From: Candidatus Jorgensenbacteria bacterium
GTDB taxonomy: Bacteria; Patescibacteriota; Minisyncoccia; UBA6257; GWB1-50-10
Length of the DNA: 37,678 nt
Reading direction: 5' to 3'
Assembly: GCA_016234345.1 (NCBI GenBank)
Contig: JACRFG010000076.1
Location: forward strand, 1-37,678
Part shown: positions 33,697-37,678 of the stretch, piece by piece
How positions within the stretch are numbered: the stretch's first letter is position 1
How the letters are laid out: every line of letters begins with the position of its first letter
Program-made: the position numbers and the translations under genes
Notes under the pieces: generated by a model
The model's input: the letters and a program-made list of their open reading frames with translations, nothing else
The model's database searches: none
Told to the model about the DNA's origin: nothing

Positions 33697-36600
33697 CTAG
33701 TAGATCAATTTCAGAAGCTCTTCTAGCTGGGCTGTTATCTGGTCAAGTTGTAGCTGAACCGCATCAAAAAGTTCGGATGAGCCTTTGTAATACGGCGTCC
33801 CGTAAGGGGTCCCGTATGGAGTTCCATAGGGAGTTGGGTATATAACTATTGGCGTAAAAGTTGCTTCTACGTTTTTATAAGTATTCATCACAATCGTACA
33901 AGTGGTTGAGGTAGTATTAGCACATTCTCCCGTAAGAGCGGGGCCGGCTGTTACACGCCATCCACCAAATACGTATCCTGATCGAGTGTATGCTCTCAAG
34001 GTTACCGATGTATTGGCCGAGAAATACTCGTAGCAATCGCTGGGACAATCGATGCCAGCTGGAGTACTCGATACAAACCCACCAGACGAAGAAGCAACCA
34101 TCATTGTTAACGAATAAGCTGGCGCTAATACATTAACAGGCAACATCGATGTTGATAAAGCCTGATTAGTATCTTGCACTCTTAAGGTTATAGTTCGTGT
34201 TTGTCCTGACTGACTATATGTATGATTAAATGATTGAGACCAACTACCACCACTAATACCACCATACAGAACCTGAGTATTATCACCCCAATTAATATTG
34301 TAGTTGGCTAGGTTACTATTCGGATCACTTGCTGAAAATATCCAGGTAGTTGTCGCAAACACAGGCGTGCTTGTTGGTCCACTTATATTAGTGATGGGGG
34401 ATTGGTTACTAACACTATTGAACGTTGCTCTTACCTCTTTGTTCGAATCCATAAGAATACGACACGACGTTGAAGTTCCAAAGGAAGTACATTCCCCTCC
34501 CCAACCATTAAAGACAGAAGTAGAAGTAGGAGTGGAAGTCGGAAAAGCATACAAAGTAACAAAGGTGTTGGGTACGAAACGATTGAAACAAGACGTGTAA
34601 CCAGCGCCACACACAATGCCTGGTCCAGAAACATAACCCAGATCAACACCACTAACGGTAACGTATAGATAAGGTTGCTCAAAAACAGATACTTGCCTTA
34701 GAGCCGTCGAAGATGCTGCGTTGGTATCCCACACTTTCAAACCAATAGACCTGGTTCCACTCGCGGTGTAACGATGATTAAATGATTGAGACCAACTACC
34801 ACCACTTATAGTCATCGGCCCTTGGGGAGCAGTACCATCGCCCCACTCTATAGTGTAAGAATTGAGATTACTGTCTGGATCGGTTGCTCCGAATGTCCAG
34901 GTAGTTGTCGCAAACACAGGCGTGCTTGTTGGTCCGGTGATACTTGCTGTGGGAGGTTGGTTGGTAACACCACCCTCATAATCAACTGCAGCGATTGTAA
35001 TAGGTACTACATACCGTTCTAGACGAATATTAGAAGTTGTACCATCGTTCCAAAGAACATCACTGTCATAGGCTATCTGCGCTAGTAATGACCCGCCGTT
35101 AAAATTAGTTGAATTAACTCTGATCTTAGAATCTCTGGTTATGCCAGCCGAGATATATTGATGTGGTGTAAAAGTAACACTGCACCAACCCCGAACTGGT
35201 GCGCAGATCTGTTGTGTTGAGCTACCCAACGGCATATTGGTAGAAGAATTAACTAAATCAACGGTAAATGGAGCAGTACCCGAAGAAATAGCAGTGCCGG
35301 TAAAAGTAGAAGTAACAACATCGAGTGTAAGCGAACCCTGAGATGCGGCCGACCAATTAATCGCTGCTAAATCATCAACAGCAGTTTTCGAACGACTGGT
35401 GATTGCACCAATAACATTTGAGCTGATACTTAATTTTGTTCTATAAACTGATTGCTTATTACCAACTGCAGTGCCGGTAATACGAGCATTAACGGCTGAA
35501 GTTACGCCACGAGCAGAAACAGTAAGTACGTCAAACGTATGACCTGAATTCGAAACCGCGCCTTCGTTATACGTTTTCACATCACCCTTTAAGAACAATG
35601 TCTTTGAGCTATTCCGTAAAACTCTGACTGGTGTAGAGAACGAAAACCAAACTGTTGAGCTTGAAGGAGGGCCTACTACAGGATCTGCCGGACCACCCAC
35701 AACCGTAGCACCGTCATAGACCTTCATCTGCTTAAAAGTAGCTTCCCGCGTTGGATTATTTTGAATGGCGTCGTGGAAAGCTATGCCTGTGATATCAATA
35801 TCATCAGCACCATCGGCGCTAAGTCGAATTGCAAGCACTGAATTCTGAGTTGTACCCATCACGAGTTGCCGGGCTGGCGGTGTCGCCGCATCAACTGCCA
35901 CCGCAAGAATTGGTTGTGTCGAACTAGAAATGATACTGAAATTTGAATTACTACTATCAGTAGCTAATATGGTTCCGCTACTGTTATAAAGCGGAGTTAC
36001 TATAGTGTAGTCATTAGCTGAACTCAGATTTGTGGGTGTCCAACTAACATTGCCTGTTGGCGGTTGCAGATAAGATAAATCTCGTAGAGGATTTCCTGCT
36101 TTATAAAGTTTTATATCTACTTTTGCATCGGCCGGATAATTTGTTGATTGCCAGGAAATAAGATGAGAAGTGCCAAGTTGCCACTGTTCACCGCCGTTAG
36201 GGGAAGTAACGGTAATGGAAGGTTGAGTTGAGGTGACAACAATAATCGAGAAAGGCGTGTCACTTATATCATTGATAATCAGGCCGCTGACTATTGTTTT
36301 TGCAAATAACCTATACAAACCACTCGGGATATTCAATGGAACACGAATCTGCTCAATACCATCGTTAGTCGAGGTGGCAGGCACAAGTAAATAATCTTCG
36401 TTATAATTCCTTTCTGACTTCACTCCAAAAGTTATTTCATTAGTCGTTGGCGTATTTACCGTTGACCATCTCACGCCATAAGAATTTCCGGCCTGCCATG
36501 TTTCCCCGCCATTAGGCGAAACAACGGTAATTGATGCTTGAGTTGAAGTCGAAGAAGTAATACTGAAATAATTATCACTAAAATCTTGAGTTACTATCTG

Positions 36601-37461
36601 ATGCGTTGAACCATCAAATAATTTCACTCCTAAGGTGTAGCCTCCTCCTGGGGAGAGTGTTTCATCCACACTCCATTGATAAGAATCAGTCGGTAGAAAA
36701 TAAAGATTACCAAGATAACGGGTGTAAACCGCACTGCCATTTTGATAAAGTGTGGCTTTAACATATGACGGATTCGATGTTGAACTCACATTAGAAACAT
36801 TACTAGATCTCCAAGAAACCGCGTAAGTCCTCCCAACCTGCCATGTTTCCCCGCCATTCGGCGAAACAACGGTAATTGACGGACCAGGAATAGGACGCGG
36901 ACGCGGACCACAATCCGTAAGATATAAAGGAGTAAGAACATTTAATTCTTTAGCGGTCGCGACATCAACGTTACCGGTTACTGTTAAACCTTTAGCAACC
37001 TGGAAACGCTTAACTGCTTCGGAAGTAAGGCGACCGTAATACGTGCTTTTAATGCGTTCCGGATAATAACCAGATTTATCCAAAACTTCTTGCAAACGCG
37101 TTACTTCACTACCCCGAGAACCGATTTGCGCAGTGGTAATTTGACATTGTTGTTGCGAAACCGCTGACACGCCTAAAGAACTAGCCGGGACTGCTGAAGT
37201 AGCTGGTATGGCCGGAGTTACGCTAGGCACGGCTGGAGTTGCCGGAATTGCTGGCGTTGCCGCTTGCTTTTGTAAGAGCGACCTAACTAACTCTTGAAGG
37301 GCTTGAATCTGTTTTTGAAGATCGCTAACGGTTGACACTACCTCTGCAAGAAACGATGGATTCTGAACCTCTTCGCTATGAGCATCGACTTTTTGAATAG
37401 GGAGCCAAAGACCCACGACGAGCAAAGAACTAACTAAACTACCGATGAAAATTTTTCTCAT
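33697..37461 (-). CDS. Giant cell-wall-binding surface protein (1254 aa), paralog of 30789..33596
   Basis: Signal peptide MRKIFIGSLVSSLLVVGLWLPIQKVDA, a helix (LQKQIQALQELVRSLLQKQ) and PAIPAT repeats. The PG-binding domain motif is GSRGSEVTRLQEVLDKSGYYP..YYGRLTSEAVKRFQ. Three SPNGGE(T/Q)WQ Ig-like units follow. There are two [PKD-like + Cys-containing InlB-B-repeat-like] modules, then the C-terminal (TPYG)n and a terminal helix. Confidence 0.85.
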   Translation of the reverse strand: MRKIFIGSLVSSLLVVGLWLPIQKVDAHSEEVQNPSFLAEVVSTVSDLQKQIQALQELVRSLLQKQAATPAIPATPAVPSVTPAIPATSAVPASSLGVSAVSQQQCQITTAQIGSRGSEVTRLQEVLDKSGYYPERIKSTYYGRLTSEAVKRFQVAKGLTVTGNVDVATAKELNVLTPLYLTDCGPRPRPIPGPSITVVSPNGGETWQVGRTYAVSWRSSNVSNVSSTSNPSYVKATLYQNGSAVYTRYLGNLYFLPTDSYQWSVDETLSPGGGYTLGVKLFDGSTHQIVTQDFSDNYFSITSSTSTQASITVVSPNGGETWQAGNSYGVRWSTVNTPTTNEITFGVKSERNYNEDYLLVPATSTNDGIEQIRVPLNIPSGLYRLFAKTIVSGLIINDISDTPFSIIVVTSTQPSITVTSPNGGEQWQLGTSHLISWQSTNYPADAKVDIKLYKAGNPLRDLSYLQPPTGNVSWTPTNLSSANDYTIVTPLYNSSGTILATDSSNSNFSIISSSTQPILAVAVDAATPPARQLVMGTTQNSVLAIRLSADGADDIDITGIAFHDAIQNNPTREATFKQMKVYDGATVVGGPADPVVGPPSSSTVWFSFSTPVRVLRNSSKTLFLKGDVKTYNEGAVSNSGHTFDVLTVSARGVTSAVNARITGTAVGNKQSVYRTKLSISSNVIGAITSRSKTAVDDLAAINWSAASQGSLTLDVVTSTFTGTAISSGTAPFTVDLVNSSTNMPLGSSTQQICAPVRGWCSVTFTPHQYISAGITRDSKIRVNSTNFNGGSLLAQIAYDSDVLWNDGTTSNIRLERYVVPITIAAVDYEGGVTNQPPTASITGPTSTPVFATTTWTFGATDPDSNLNSYTIEWGDGTAPQGPMTISGGSWSQSFNHRYTASGTRSIGLKVWDTNAASSTALRQVSVFEQPYLYVTVSGVDLGYVSGPGIVCGAGYTSCFNRFVPNTFVTLYAFPTSTPTSTSVFNGWGGECTSFGTSTSCRILMDSNKEVRATFNSVSNQSPITNISGPTSTPVFATTTWIFSASDPNSNLANYNINWGDNTQVLYGGISGGSWSQSFNHTYSQSGQTRTITLRVQDTNQALSTSMLPVNVLAPAYSLTMMVASSSGGFVSSTPAGIDCPSDCYEYFSANTSVTLRAYTRSGYVFGGWRVTAGPALTGECANTTSTTCTIVMNTYKNVEATFTPIVIYPTPYGTPYGTPYGTPYYKGSSELFDAVQLQLDQITAQLEELLKLIY
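33781..33840 (-). repeat. In-frame 12-nt tandem repeat encoding YP-TPYG-TPYG-TPYG-TPYYKG
   Basis: I translated 33840..33781 directly as tac cca act ccc tat gga act cca tac ggg acc cct tac ggg acg ccg tat tac aaa ggc. The copies differ only at synonymous positions. Confidence 0.85.
34222..34380 (-). repeat. Internal duplication, copy A (perfect 33-nt and 40-nt blocks flanking a diverged core)
   Basis: 34222-34254 is identical to 34774-34806, and 34341-34380 is identical to 34896-34935. The roughly 86 nt between the two blocks are heavily diverged. Confidence 0.85.
34774..34935 (-). repeat. Internal duplication, copy B
   Basis: Partner of 34222..34380, offset 552 to 555 nt. The blocks encode GGSWSQSFNH and GPTSTPVFATTTW of successive PKD-like modules. 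Confidence 0.85.
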
Positions 37462-37511
37462 ACTATAAATAGATTTGTTTGACGACTTTTAATATTTAAA
37501 TAATAAAACGT

Positions 37512-37518
37512 GGGGGGG
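37512..37518. repeat. G7 (C7 on the coding strand) homopolymer upstream of the 1254-aa gene
   Basis: tGGGGGGGt, 51-57 nt upstream of the ATG at 37461. Confidence 0.8.
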
Positions 37519-37531
37519 TAGGTGCAAGGCC

Positions 37532-37678
37532 TTATCTTATAAAGATGACGTCGCGACATGTTGACCGATCTTTACTGCAGCTCCAGCGAGTCGCGTAGGT
37601 ATGAGTACGAAAGTTCGTCCGATCAGCAATGGATATGGTGTAAAGTCCGTCTTGGTTAACCTCCACTCCTTCCATGAA
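37532..37678 (-). CDS. Possible 3' end of a gene entering from the right edge (last 48 codons)
   Basis: An open minus-strand frame from the window edge (..EGVEVNQDGLYTISIADRTNFRTHTYATRWSCSKDRSTCRDVIFIR) ends at the TAA at 37534-37532. It is too short to verify. Confidence 0.3.
   Translation of the reverse strand, partial: FMEGVEVNQDGLYTISIADRTNFRTHTYATRWSCSKDRSTCRDVIFIR

Noticed and set aside
34222-34935. Diversity-generating retroelement (template/variable repeat pair) in the giant surface protein
   Set aside because: Differences between the two copies are not restricted to adenine positions and include indels. No reverse transcriptase or accessory gene is in the window.
1-37678. Alternative genetic code (UGA recoded, as in some CPR lineages), CRISPR arrays, rRNA genes, transposases or integrases
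   Set aside because: TGA ends well-supported genes such as the HAD hydrolase and the 5886..6488 ORF. No regular short-repeat/spacer array, no rRNA-like stretch and no recombinase-like ORF was seen on either strand.

Overview
Dense bacterial window with genes on both strands, mostly housekeeping, using the standard genetic code (TAA, TAG and TGA all terminate well-supported genes). Confident calls are leuS, glmS, metG, uppS, sufB, a PPK2 kinase, an IDH/IPMDH-family dehydrogenase, an S8 subtilase, an HtrA-type protease, an M16 peptidase, a TatD hydrolase, a CaCA antiporter, an AI-2E transporter, a GT4 glycosyltransferase, and HAD and alpha/beta hydrolases. There are five intact tRNAs: Ser-TGA, Ala-GGC, Val-GAC, Arg-CCT and Ser-CGA. 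Only tRNA-Arg encodes its CCA. The short MetRS, the scattered single tRNAs, the membrane-anchored cupredoxin-like protein and the two tandem giant wall-binding surface proteins suggest a small-genome Patescibacteria/CPR (Parcubacteria-like) organism; this is inference only. I found no CRISPR array, rRNA, integrase, transposase or reverse transcriptase. Seven things stand out. (1) A tRNA-Ser(CGA) gene is interrupted in its T loop by about 195 nt that contain a second, intact tRNA-Ser(CGA), and the missing 3' end reappears downstream. (2) A 15-20 nt duplicate of the tRNA-Ala 3' end lies 178 nt downstream, ends in ACCA, and is separated from the tRNA by a structured GC-rich spacer. (3) Two paralogous giant surface proteins (935 and 1254 aa) share a modular design; the larger one has a mosaic internal duplication and an unusual C-terminal tail. 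(4) A monocistronic vWA protein carries an unassignable C-terminal half. (5) A Cys/His-rich repeat protein sits between tRNA genes. (6) A perfect 36-bp palindrome lies in a divergent promoter region. (7) Several genes have an extended -10 box 6-9 nt before the start codon, suggesting leaderless mRNAs. None of these amounts to a clearly defined multi-gene novel system, and all functional readings are hypotheses.
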